Under the pieces are notes generated by a model. It did not search any database, had not been told where the DNA came from, and was given only the letters and a program-made list of their open reading frames with translations. From IMG/VR virus record IMGVR_UViG_3300031965_000080, positions 1-40,450 of that record: a stretch of 40,450 nt of DNA. One strand, given 5' to 3'. A program made the position numbers and the translations under genes. Of this stretch, positions 1 through 6,975 are shown in pieces. Each line of letters begins with the position of its first letter. The stretch's first letter is position 1. This DNA is from a virus. Its lineage: Duplodnaviria > Caudoviricetes.

Positions 1-127
1 TCCACCTCGGAGAGGGTGTCGTCATCCACTCCGCCGAAGGGTCTTACGCTTCCGCGATGGCCGTCCTCGCGGGCCCGAGGGAGGCGTCGTGGCACTTCTT
101 TGTCTGCAAGGACGGGACTGTTTACCA
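1..127. repeat. Terminal direct repeat, left copy (identical to 40324-40450); circular assembly overlap
   Basis: Exact 127-bp identity of the two window ends, falling inside a gene; 127 is a common assembler k-mer length. Confidence 0.95.
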
Positions 128-611
128 GCACATCGACTCCGCGAACATAGCGTGGACGAACGGCTCTTTCGAGGCCAACAAGAAGTTCTGGGGGATAGAG
201 AATGAGGGGATGGCCGGTGAGCCGCTGACCGATCCGCAGTTCGAGTCCCTTGCTTTGTTGGTGAAGTGGCTGCTCGGAGCCCTGAAACCTGTCAGGAAGC
301 AAACGCTCTGGGAGCACAATGAAATGACCGCTTACGGGGCTGCGCCCACGGCGTGCCCCTCTAACCGTATTCCGTGGACGCGATTGATAGCAGCACTGGA
401 GGACGATATGACACCAGCGGAACTGTTCGCGCAGCTAAAGAAGGACCCGGGCTTCGCGTCTTACCTGACTCTCATCGAGCAACTGAGGAGGGCGCAGGGA
501 ACCTTGGAGGCGCAGCTTGGCACCCACGCCGGCGACGCCGCCAAGCACGCGGGCGGCAAGCACAATCATGGGCTCCAGGCCACCATCACCGGCCAGACGG
601 AGGAGAACTAG
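1..611 (+). CDS. Endolysin amidase, 3' part
   Basis: ASWHF..DGTVYQ, AWTNG..N..GIENEG, H-N-E and TACPS motifs typical of Amidase_2; lies upstream of holin-like genes. Confidence 0.85.
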   Translation, partial: HLGEGVVIHSAEGSYASAMAVLAGPREASWHFFVCKDGTVYQHIDSANIAWTNGSFEANKKFWGIENEGMAGEPLTDPQFESLALLVKWLLGALKPVRKQTLWEHNEMTAYGAAPTACPSNRIPWTRLIAALEDDMTPAELFAQLKKDPGFASYLTLIEQLRRAQGTLEAQLGTHAGDAAKHAGGKHNHGLQATITGQTEEN

Positions 612-680
612 TTGGGGAGTACGAGTTCCGCCGCTACGTACCGTGCGGGAAAGGGCACATCACAGCGGAAGGTGAGCCGT

Positions 681-761
681 GTGGAAGATGCATTTATCGC
701 AGGCGCAGCGATCGCGCTGATGCTGTTAGGCGTCTACTTCGCAAGTTGGCCCAGAAAGTGA
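681..761 (+). CDS. Putative 26-aa single-TM peptide (MEDAFIAGAAIALMLLGVYFASWPRK)
   Basis: GTG preceded by GGAAGGTG; hydrophobic core and basic C-terminus; not in the ORF track. Confidence 0.4.
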   Translation: MEDAFIAGAAIALMLLGVYFASWPRK

Positions 762-768
762 GGAAGCT

Positions 769-990
769 ATGAGCGATGTGAAAGTTGTTTGTGATCGCTG
801 TCACGCTTTTCGTGACGGGCTAGAAACTCCTGGCCTAGGGACTGGAGGATTTTACAAAGTGGGCAAGGGGACTCCGTGGGAGCAATTCGCACGCTCCGGT
901 GAAAGTATCGTCTGTGATGAGTGTATGCATTCGGACGAATCTTACCGCAAGGCATATCCACCTCCTGTTTCGACTTTAGCATCCAAGTAG
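769..990 (+). CDS. Small Cys-rich protein (CDRC...CDEC)
   Basis: GAGGAAG RBS; two CxxC pairs. Confidence 0.6.
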   Translation: MSDVKVVCDRCHAFRDGLETPGLGTGGFYKVGKGTPWEQFARSGESIVCDECMHSDESYRKAYPPPVSTLASK

Positions 991-1023
991 GCAGATATTG
1001 CACTCAACTACCCAGGAGAAGAA

Positions 1024-1224
1024 ATGAAGCTAAGCAGTTCCTGGAAAATCGCCGCAGGCAGGGCGGTGCTGAGCGCCGTTATCGTGGGCGGGCTCGGCTT
1101 CCTCGCGGTGTGGGCGACGACGACAGACCCTAGAACGCTTGTGATTGCCGCTCTGACACCGGCTCTTACTAGCTTCGCTCTTCGCCTGGGCGTTGAGGGA
1201 ACGCTCGATAGGCCCCGCGAGTGA
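1024..1224 (+). CDS. Putative holin (2 TM helices)
   Basis: AGGAG RBS; two hydrophobic segments; near the endolysin. Confidence 0.65.
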   Translation: MKLSSSWKIAAGRAVLSAVIVGGLGFLAVWATTTDPRTLVIAALTPALTSFALRLGVEGTLDRPRE

Positions 1225-1520
1225 GCCCGTCCCCCGCCGAAATCGCTGAGACCCTGCTACGCCTTGAGCGGCTGGCGATGAAGAACGCAGAGGTCATCGG
1301 CATCGTCAACGAGCGCCAACTGGCAATGCGTGAGGACATGACCGAGCTCAAGGACCACCAGAAGGAAGCGAACGGGCGGATGGCGGAGGTCAGCCGCGAA
1401 CAGCACGAACAGCGCGGCGGTCTGGTGGTGCTGCGCTGGATGGTGGCGACGCTGCTGGCCAGCATGGGCGTCGGCGTCGGGCTGGCGGGGGTGATTCTTG
1501 CGGTCGTGAGCGGGGGCTAG
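1221..1520 (+). CDS. Lysis-associated membrane protein (coiled coil plus C-terminal TM)
   Basis: GTGA overlap with the holin stop; NG-containing coiled coil followed by a long hydrophobic tail. Confidence 0.6.
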   Translation: MSPSPAEIAETLLRLERLAMKNAEVIGIVNERQLAMREDMTELKDHQKEANGRMAEVSREQHEQRGGLVVLRWMVATLLASMGVGVGLAGVILAVVSGG

Positions 1521-2062
1521 CCCAGCCTGTCCACGGCACCCTGTAAGCGTTCGGGGCAGGAATGGAGATAGATGCTCGTGGTGGCAAGGCTTGAGTGGCG
1601 CATCAGGTCTCGGACTTCAACCAGGTCGGCCCCCGCTCTCAGTAGGTGCGTGGCGAACGAATGCCGCAGCGCATGGGGGTGCGCCTTCACCTGCGCGATC
1701 CCCGCTCGCTCACAGGCCCTCACCATCCAGTAGCGGGCCTGCCGGTCTACGATATGACCATTGTAGCCAGGGAACAGCCAGCCCCGTTTCTCAGGCTCCG
1801 TGAAGTCTCTCAGCGCCACTCTGAGCCTCATCCCTAGAGGCAACAATGCCTCCTTGTCGTTCTTGCCGATGACGTGGAGGATGACCGGCCACTCGTCCCG
1901 CCAAATGATGTCTTCGTGCCTGACCTTCACCGACTCCGCGACCCGCAGCCCAGCGCGCGCCCACAACAGGAAGCATAATCGGTGGCAGGGCGGCGACACG
2001 GCCAGCAGGCGCTCCATCTCCTCAGGCTCCATGTAGGTCGGCAACCGTTTCCCGTTCTTCAC
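1517..2062 (-). CDS. Tyrosine recombinase, catalytic domain only (181 aa)
   Basis: All catalytic motifs present: GLRVAE (R), GKNDK (K), HALRHSFAT (HxxR), MRHSS (H), TSIYL (Y); no N-terminal core-binding or arm-binding domain. Confidence 0.9.
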   Translation of the reverse strand: MKNGKRLPTYMEPEEMERLLAVSPPCHRLCFLLWARAGLRVAESVKVRHEDIIWRDEWPVILHVIGKNDKEALLPLGMRLRVALRDFTEPEKRGWLFPGYNGHIVDRQARYWMVRACERAGIAQVKAHPHALRHSFATHLLRAGADLVEVRDLMRHSSLATTSIYLHSCPERLQGAVDRLG

Positions 2063-2134
2063 AACTTTCCCCGCAAGTTGACCCCTTATTGCTTGACAGC
2101 CAATCGCGGGGGTGTGGTAGGATGCGCGCTAGGG

Positions 2135-2163
2135 TTGACTTAGTGGTTACTACAGTATACGTT
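2135..2163 (+). promoter_or_regulatory. Sigma70-type promoter of the early rightward operon
   Basis: TTGACT-17 bp-TACGTT; a second TTGACA...TAGGAT (19-bp spacer) lies just upstream; ATG 2173 is only 10 nt after the -10, so the mRNA is nearly leaderless. Confidence 0.6.
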
Positions 2164-2172
2164 AGAGAAGCA

Positions 2173-2328
2173 ATGCCGTCAAGGATTCGGCTCCCCAAGT
2201 TCAAGTGTCTCCGCTGCGATTGGGAGTGGCACCCGCGTAAGCCGGAGACACCACGATGCTGCGCGAACTGCAAAAGCCGGTACTGGGACAGGCCCCGTAA
2301 GGCCCCGAAAGCAGAGCCCGCCGAATGA
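2173..2328 (+). CDS. Zinc-ribbon mini-protein (CLRCxxxW.PR...P..CxxCKS..W.RPR)
   Basis: Two CxxC pairs; paralog at 15413-15541; stop overlaps the next ATG. Confidence 0.75.
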   Translation: MPSRIRLPKFKCLRCDWEWHPRKPETPRCCANCKSRYWDRPRKAPKAEPAE

Positions 2329-2705
2329 AGCGTGAGGAGCGGACAGCAGCTATAATGACGGCACTCAACCTTCAAGCATCTGGGTTGAATACATCCGAAG
2401 TTGCGGCAAGCATGAACGTTTGGTGGCAGGAAGCCGATTGGCTGCTAGGTCTTGGCCGGTATCGCGCTCGGGTCGCCGTGAGGGAGGCAGTGCGGAGCGG
2501 GCAAATAGAGAGACGGACGGCCTGCGAAGAGTGTTCTGTTGAGGTGCCGTCCCTGCACCGCCACCACTCAGACTATCGCCAGCCGTTGGATGTACGGTGG
2601 CTATGCCCACCCTGCCACAGAGCCGAACACACCCGCAGCAACCGCGAGGCGGCGCGTCGGTATCGGGAGCGCCACCCAGAGAAGCCCAAGCCGAAAGAGG
2701 AGTAG
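2325..2705 (+). CDS. HNH-like endonuclease / DNA-binding protein
   Basis: CEEC..HRHHSDY..PLDVRWLCPPCH..H motif. Confidence 0.7.
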   Translation: MKREERTAAIMTALNLQASGLNTSEVAASMNVWWQEADWLLGLGRYRARVAVREAVRSGQIERRTACEECSVEVPSLHRHHSDYRQPLDVRWLCPPCHRAEHTRSNREAARRYRERHPEKPKPKEE

Positions 2706-2710
2706 CCGGA

Positions 2711-2953
2711 ATGACGCAGGTGTGGACGGAGCGACTGACGGCGGAGGAGCGGGCGTGGTTGTTTAAGGAGCACATTGCATCAAACCCTTGCTACTACGCA
2801 GTTGAGGAACTGCTCCACACCATCAGCCTCCTGCGGGCGCTGGTGGAGGAGCTGAGAAGAGAGCTAGAAGCTGGTGGGATGCATGCCATGACTCGTGCCC
2901 TCACCCTCACCGAAGCCTCAATGCGGGAACGGCTGGAGGAGCAGCCGGAATGA
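2711..2953 (+). CDS. Hypothetical protein (paralog of 2950-3237)
   Basis: GAGGAG RBS; shares MTQV..WTERLTAEER and LRALVEEL with the next gene. Confidence 0.7.
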   Translation: MTQVWTERLTAEERAWLFKEHIASNPCYYAVEELLHTISLLRALVEELRRELEAGGMHAMTRALTLTEASMRERLEEQPE

Positions 2954-3237
2954 CGCAGGTAAAGGACTGGACGGAGCGGCTCACGGCGGAGGAGCGGGAA
3001 GCTCTTCACGCAGCCGATACTTACGTGGATTACGACGGGCGTAGTGATGTTGAGACGCTTTCCCGCACCATCGCCACCCTGCGGGCGCTGGTGGAGGAGC
3101 TGAAGGCCGGTCTCGAAGACAAATGTAACTGGGCCGACTCCTTGAAGGAGCCCTTTCGTGGGTTGCTTACGACAACGATGGTTAGGGAGGTTTGCGCCCT
3201 CAACGAAGACGCCCTCCGCTCGCGGCTTAGCCAATGA
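2950..3237 (+). CDS. Hypothetical protein (paralog of 2711-2953)
   Basis: ATGA overlap; shared sequence blocks. Confidence 0.7.
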   Translation: MTQVKDWTERLTAEEREALHAADTYVDYDGRSDVETLSRTIATLRALVEELKAGLEDKCNWADSLKEPFRGLLTTTMVREVCALNEDALRSRLSQ

Positions 3238-3551
3238 CTTCCGATTCGGGCGCTTGTAGGAATATGACCCTCCAACTCGGCTTCGACCTGCGCGACCAGG
3301 CACTTGAGCGGCTGGAGTCCAACCGCGCTCACTGGATCGCCACGGCCCGCCGCGTGGCCCGGCAGGTCTGCGAGGAGGAGGGATTTGTGACCGCCGATGC
3401 CGTGCGCGCACGGCTCCCGATACCCCCGGAGTATGACGGGCGGGTCATGGGGGCGGTGTTCTGCAAGTCCCTGTTCCAGAAGATCGGCTATCAAGCAACG
3501 ATGATTCCCACGTCTCACGGCAGGCCGATAGCCGTGTTTAAGGTGAAATGA
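3234..3551 (+). CDS. Phage hypothetical protein (possible winged helix)
   Basis: Coupled by ATGA overlaps at both ends; GFVTADAVR..GAVF..IGY..SHGRPI pattern resembles a common phage family. Confidence 0.65.
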   Translation: MTSDSGACRNMTLQLGFDLRDQALERLESNRAHWIATARRVARQVCEEEGFVTADAVRARLPIPPEYDGRVMGAVFCKSLFQKIGYQATMIPTSHGRPIAVFKVK

Positions 3552-4432
3552 CTGGACAGCATCGGGCGGCTTCCTCCCTTGGCCGCACCCCATTCGCGGC
3601 TGCCGTCCCGTACGGCGGCCGCCCCGTGCTGCTCAGCCACGCCATCGGTCAACGGGCGCTGGAGTCTCGAAGAGTCGACCCTTCGGGCAGTTGCCTGGCG
3701 TCTTTCTTGACCGATGGCGTGGGGGCTGGAATCGCATCTAAGGCGCAGCAGCCAACGGGTGCAGTTCCAGCCCTCTCCTGCGATGGGGCGAGCATAGCGG
3801 GTGTGTCGCGCCTCGCAAGGGCGTGTGACGGTTCGAGTCCGTCCGCCCCATCGCAGGCCGCACCCGCAAGGGCTGGGGGGTCGAGCCCGACCTTCGGCGA
3901 CCCCCGCCTGCCCGCCCGCTTCTGGGCGAAGGTCAACCCCAACGGCTCCGTTCCCGCTCACCGGCCCGACCTCGGGCCGTGCTGGCTCTGGATGGGAGCT
4001 CACAACCCAAAAGGCTATGGGCGGTTCGTGGCAGTCAGCCGCAATAGGGGGATGGTTTATCCCCACCGCTTGGCCCGCGAGACGTTGATTGGGCCGATTC
4101 CTTCGGGCTTCCAGTGCGACCATCTTTGCTTGAATCCCAGCTGCGCCAATCCGAATCACATCGAAGTGGTTACCTCGCAGATCAATACCCTTCGGGGAGT
4201 TAGCCCCAGCGCCATTAACGCTAGCAAAACCCACTGCCCGCAGGGACATCCTTATGCTGGGCCGAACCTTTATCAAGGCCCTTCGGGTTGGCGGCAATGC
4301 CGCCAGTGTCAAATCATTCGCCGGAAGGCGAGCCAAGATAGCGGTTTGGCTCGCCTTCCGGCCGGTGGAGTCGATGGCATCCCGATATCGGGGCGCGTGC
4401 TAGGCTCCACCGGCCCTAAGGGGGCGAGATGA
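3548..4432 (+). CDS. HNH endonuclease (HNH_3-like core about 3895-4320) with extensions that read through structured RNA
   Basis: RFWAKV..CWLW.G..GYG..HR..DHLC.N..C.NP.H.E.VT..N plus KTHCPQGHPY..RQCRQC zinc domain. Confidence 0.8.
   Translation: MTGQHRAASSLGRTPFAAAVPYGGRPVLLSHAIGQRALESRRVDPSGSCLASFLTDGVGAGIASKAQQPTGAVPALSCDGASIAGVSRLARACDGSSPSAPSQAAPARAGGSSPTFGDPRLPARFWAKVNPNGSVPAHRPDLGPCWLWMGAHNPKGYGRFVAVSRNRGMVYPHRLARETLIGPIPSGFQCDHLCLNPSCANPNHIEVVTSQINTLRGVSPSAINASKTHCPQGHPYAGPNLYQGPSGWRQCRQCQIIRRKASQDSGLARLPAGGVDGIPISGRVLGSTGPKGAR
3563..3908 (+). ncRNA. Candidate structured RNA: five consecutive GC-rich stem-loop domains
   Basis: 16-bp perfect inverted repeat 3637-3652/3707-3722; GGGCTGGAA/TTCCAGCCC; GGGGGTCG/CGACCCCC; UUCG and GCAA tetraloops. 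Confidence 0.45.
3784..3851 (+). tRNA. Miniature or degenerate tRNA-like cloverleaf, anticodon-position GCA (Cys); probably not a canonical tRNA
   Basis: Acceptor TGGGGCG/CGCCCCA; D-stem CATA/TGTG with 5-nt loop; stem CGCGCC/GGCGTG with loop TCGCAAG; canonical T-arm GACGG-TTCGAGT-CCGTC; no CCA after the discriminator; C instead of U33. Confidence 0.4.
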
Positions 4433-4659
4433 GGGACTGGACCTGCCGCGATTGTGCCGGAGACCCATGCCTCTGCCGAATCGGAGACCACTGCGACTAC
4501 AAGGGGCCGTCCTGTTCTTGTTGCCGTTTCGTCAACTATCGCTGGCTCGGCTACCTCGGTGCGCGGGCGCGGTGGGCGAAGGCGTGGGGCATCTCAGAAG
4601 ATGCTGTTGAGGAACGATGGCAAGAAGAACCGGCCAGCGCCACAGACGCCAGCCGGTAA
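4429..4659 (+). CDS. Small Cys-rich protein
   Basis: ATGA overlap; eight Cys in the first 33 aa. Confidence 0.55.
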   Translation: MRDWTCRDCAGDPCLCRIGDHCDYKGPSCSCCRFVNYRWLGYLGARARWAKAWGISEDAVEERWQEEPASATDASR

Positions 4660-4685
4660 AGCACCGAACAAGGAGGACTTGACCG

Positions 4686-4949
4686 ATGCACGAGGACATC
4701 ATACAACACCTAACCGAACTCGGAGCCCAGCGCAGGGCCGAGGGGAAGGTCTCGCGGGAGGCCGAGCGCATCCTTCAGGGGCTCGAAGACAGAGCGCGCA
4801 GGGAGGGGCACGCTTCGTACTACATCGGAGTGGATCGGGCGATCATGGTGTCCCGCCGATGGGGAAGGGTCTGGTACGCGCTTATCGTGGCCGGCGTCTA
4901 TCGCATCGACAGGACTGAGGCGCTGCTTTACCTGGAGGATGCGCTATGA
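4686..4949 (+). CDS. Hypothetical protein
   Basis: AAGGAGGA RBS; coupled to the next gene. Confidence 0.65.
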   Translation: MHEDIIQHLTELGAQRRAEGKVSREAERILQGLEDRARREGHASYYIGVDRAIMVSRRWGRVWYALIVAGVYRIDRTEALLYLEDAL

Positions 4950-5161
4950 GCGACCCCATCTACGTAGACAGCATCAAGGTGAGCGCGGGTCCGTTCACTG
5001 TCAAGACCAGCACAGCGATTGTTGGCCGGACGGTAGGGAAGGTGCAAATTGAGAAGCGGGCTGGTAAGAACTCTTCTTCTCTCGGCAGTATGACGCTCGA
5101 AGAACTGGAACTGTTGGCCGGTGCCATCGGTGAGTACCTGCACATGAGGAGTATGGAGTGA
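4946..5161 (+). CDS. Hypothetical protein
   Basis: GGAGG RBS; ATGA overlap. Confidence 0.65.
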   Translation: MSDPIYVDSIKVSAGPFTVKTSTAIVGRTVGKVQIEKRAGKNSSSLGSMTLEELELLAGAIGEYLHMRSME

Positions 5162-5508
5162 CCCCCCAACTCGTCTCCGTCCAGAACCGCGAGGGCCATT
5201 CTCCAGTGAGGGTCTACAGGTACGAGTGCGGTCACGAGCGCCAGACCGTGCTCCTGGTCCCGCCCGAAGAGTGCGTGACATGCCGGGGGGAGCGCTATAC
5301 GCGGGAAACAGAGGAGCAGAAGGCCCACTGGCTCCGCATCCTGAATCGCCGCACAGCCATTGAGCAGGCTAACAGCGCCCACGACTATGGCAAACGCCAC
5401 ATGATATGCGATTACTGCATCGAGTCCATCAAGGCCGATATGTACGCCTTTGGTGAGAGGATGGCGGACATGTTCTCGCCGGAGCCGGTAAGGGGGTTTC
5501 AGGCATGA
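5158..5508 (+). CDS. Cys-containing hypothetical protein
   Basis: GTGA overlap; ECGH..CVTC..CDYC. Confidence 0.6.
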   Translation: MTPQLVSVQNREGHSPVRVYRYECGHERQTVLLVPPEECVTCRGERYTRETEEQKAHWLRILNRRTAIEQANSAHDYGKRHMICDYCIESIKADMYAFGERMADMFSPEPVRGFQA

Positions 5509-5597
5509 CGAACTCGTGGCTGGTGGTCATCCTCGGCACCGCTGTTCTTTTGGCCGCGATGGGCGCAGCCGAGCTTGTGAGCAGGGTACTAACGTGA
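5505..5597 (+). CDS. 30-aa single-TM peptide (MTNSWLVVILGTAVLLAAMGAAELVSRVLT)
   Basis: ATGA overlap with the upstream stop; hydrophobic; not in the ORF track. Confidence 0.55.
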   Translation: MTNSWLVVILGTAVLLAAMGAAELVSRVLT

Positions 5598-5634
5598 GCC
5601 CGCTAGTCAAGTACGTTCCCCGCTGTCCCTGCGG

Positions 5635-5946
5635 GTGGGGGGGTGTGAACTGATGCATGAATGCTGCGAACCCGATGGATGTTGCCGCGACAGCATGGAT
5701 GACTATGAACGCGGCTACAATCAAGCCCACTCATTGCTTGACGCGCTCCGCGCCACCGACACGACGTTACTAGAGAGATGCAGGGAGCGCCTAGAGAGTG
5801 CCGCCGAAAAGCTGTGTGGCGGGTGTATGCAGTATCCCCGTATCGGGGCTGACCATGACTACGGGGATGTTCTTAGTCCTTGTTATGCCTTGGCTGAGCG
5901 GGAACTTCTCACCGTCCTCAACCTGCGGCTGGAAGCGAACCTATGA
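5635..5946 (+). CDS. Cys-rich hypothetical protein (may start at 5594 via a shift in a G7 run)
   Basis: Operon position; coupled to 5943. Confidence 0.55.
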   Translation: MGGCELMHECCEPDGCCRDSMDDYERGYNQAHSLLDALRATDTTLLERCRERLESAAEKLCGGCMQYPRIGADHDYGDVLSPCYALAERELLTVLNLRLEANL

Positions 5947-6194
5947 CCGACAGCTACCCCCCGGGCGTCACTGGCAACGAGTACGCCATCGCGGGGCCAG
6001 ACTACGAGAAGGAGTCTGATGAGCGCTGCCCCAAGTGCGATGAGGAACTGATGGAGCTGGGCTACCGAGGCGAGCGATGGCTGGCCTGCTACAGCACGTG
6101 CGGTTACACGATGGACTTGCCGCCTATTGAGCCTGACCCTGACCGCGCCTATGACGAGGCGCGTGACCGGCAGATGTTCGGGGAGGATGTATGA
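5943..6194 (+). CDS. Zinc-ribbon protein (CPKC...C...C; PDPDRAYDEARDR tail)
   Basis: ATGA overlaps; motif common in phage early genes. Confidence 0.65.
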   Translation: MTDSYPPGVTGNEYAIAGPDYEKESDERCPKCDEELMELGYRGERWLACYSTCGYTMDLPPIEPDPDRAYDEARDRQMFGEDV

Positions 6195-6385
6195 GCCACT
6201 ACGTAGGAGATGAGGAGATGGGGAAACTGAAGGCAACTCACGGCATGGAGCGGCCAATTGGGGGGTCACGCTCGATTGTCCTCCTGATGGCCGACCTGGA
6301 ACGGGCGCGCGAGCTGCTGCGGATGATTCAAAGAGGCGAGTGGGACGACACGGCTATCGACACCTACCTGGAGGAGACAGAATGA
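6191..6385 (+). CDS. Hypothetical protein sharing its C-terminus with 6382-6732
   Basis: GGAGG RBS; ADLERARELLR...DTYLEETE. Confidence 0.65.
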   Translation: MSHYVGDEEMGKLKATHGMERPIGGSRSIVLLMADLERARELLRMIQRGEWDDTAIDTYLEETE

Positions 6386-6732
6386 AGCCCGAAGAGATTG
6401 CCGCCATCAAGGCGCTGGCGGAGGCCGCGACGGCGGGGCCGTGGACATCCCACCATCGAGCTAGCGACAGAACTTCAGACGATGACGAATGCGCTGGGGG
6501 GCTTGGCTTGCAGGTGGATGGCCCTCCAGAGGCATGGGGTAAGGGACAGTTTCACCTTGCCGCCGATGCCGCCTTCATCGCCGCCGCCCGCGAAGCCGTC
6601 CCCGCCCTGATCGCCGACCTGGAACGGGCGCGCGAGCTGCTGCGGGTCGGGCAGGGCTATGGTGATCTGTCCAACAGTGAGTTCAATCGCCTTGCTGACG
6701 ATACCGACACCTACCTGGAGGAGACGGAATGA
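6382..6732 (+). CDS. Ead/Ea22-like protein
   Basis: LAEAATAGPW...ADAAFIAAAREAVPALIADLE signature. Confidence 0.7.
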   Translation: MKPEEIAAIKALAEAATAGPWTSHHRASDRTSDDDECAGGLGLQVDGPPEAWGKGQFHLAADAAFIAAAREAVPALIADLERARELLRVGQGYGDLSNSEFNRLADDTDTYLEETE

Positions 6733-6965
6733 ACGACATCGCCGTAAGCGGGGCCATCCGGCGCAAGGATGTGGAAACGATGCGCCAAGCACTGGAAGCG
6801 CTGCCCGACCCGCAGCAGCTCGAACTCTTGGCTGAGTGGTTTGACATTGAGGCTTGGGGGCGCGGTTCTCAGCCTGACGGCCAGGTCCAGGACACGCTAA
6901 GGCGTTGGGCGGCACTCAGCAGGGATGCCGCTGCCGCGCTGAACGAACGGCTACTAGCTGAGTGA
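6729..6965 (+). CDS. Hypothetical protein
   Basis: GGAGGAG RBS; ATGA overlap. Confidence 0.6.
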   Translation: MNDIAVSGAIRRKDVETMRQALEALPDPQQLELLAEWFDIEAWGRGSQPDGQVQDTLRRWAALSRDAAAALNERLLAE

Positions 6966-6975
6966 GGAGATAACG

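Noticed and set aside
3560-4430. Group I or group II intron carrying the HNH
   Set aside because: No recognisable P/Q/R/S elements or domain V and no evident interrupted exons; kept only as an unexplained structured region.
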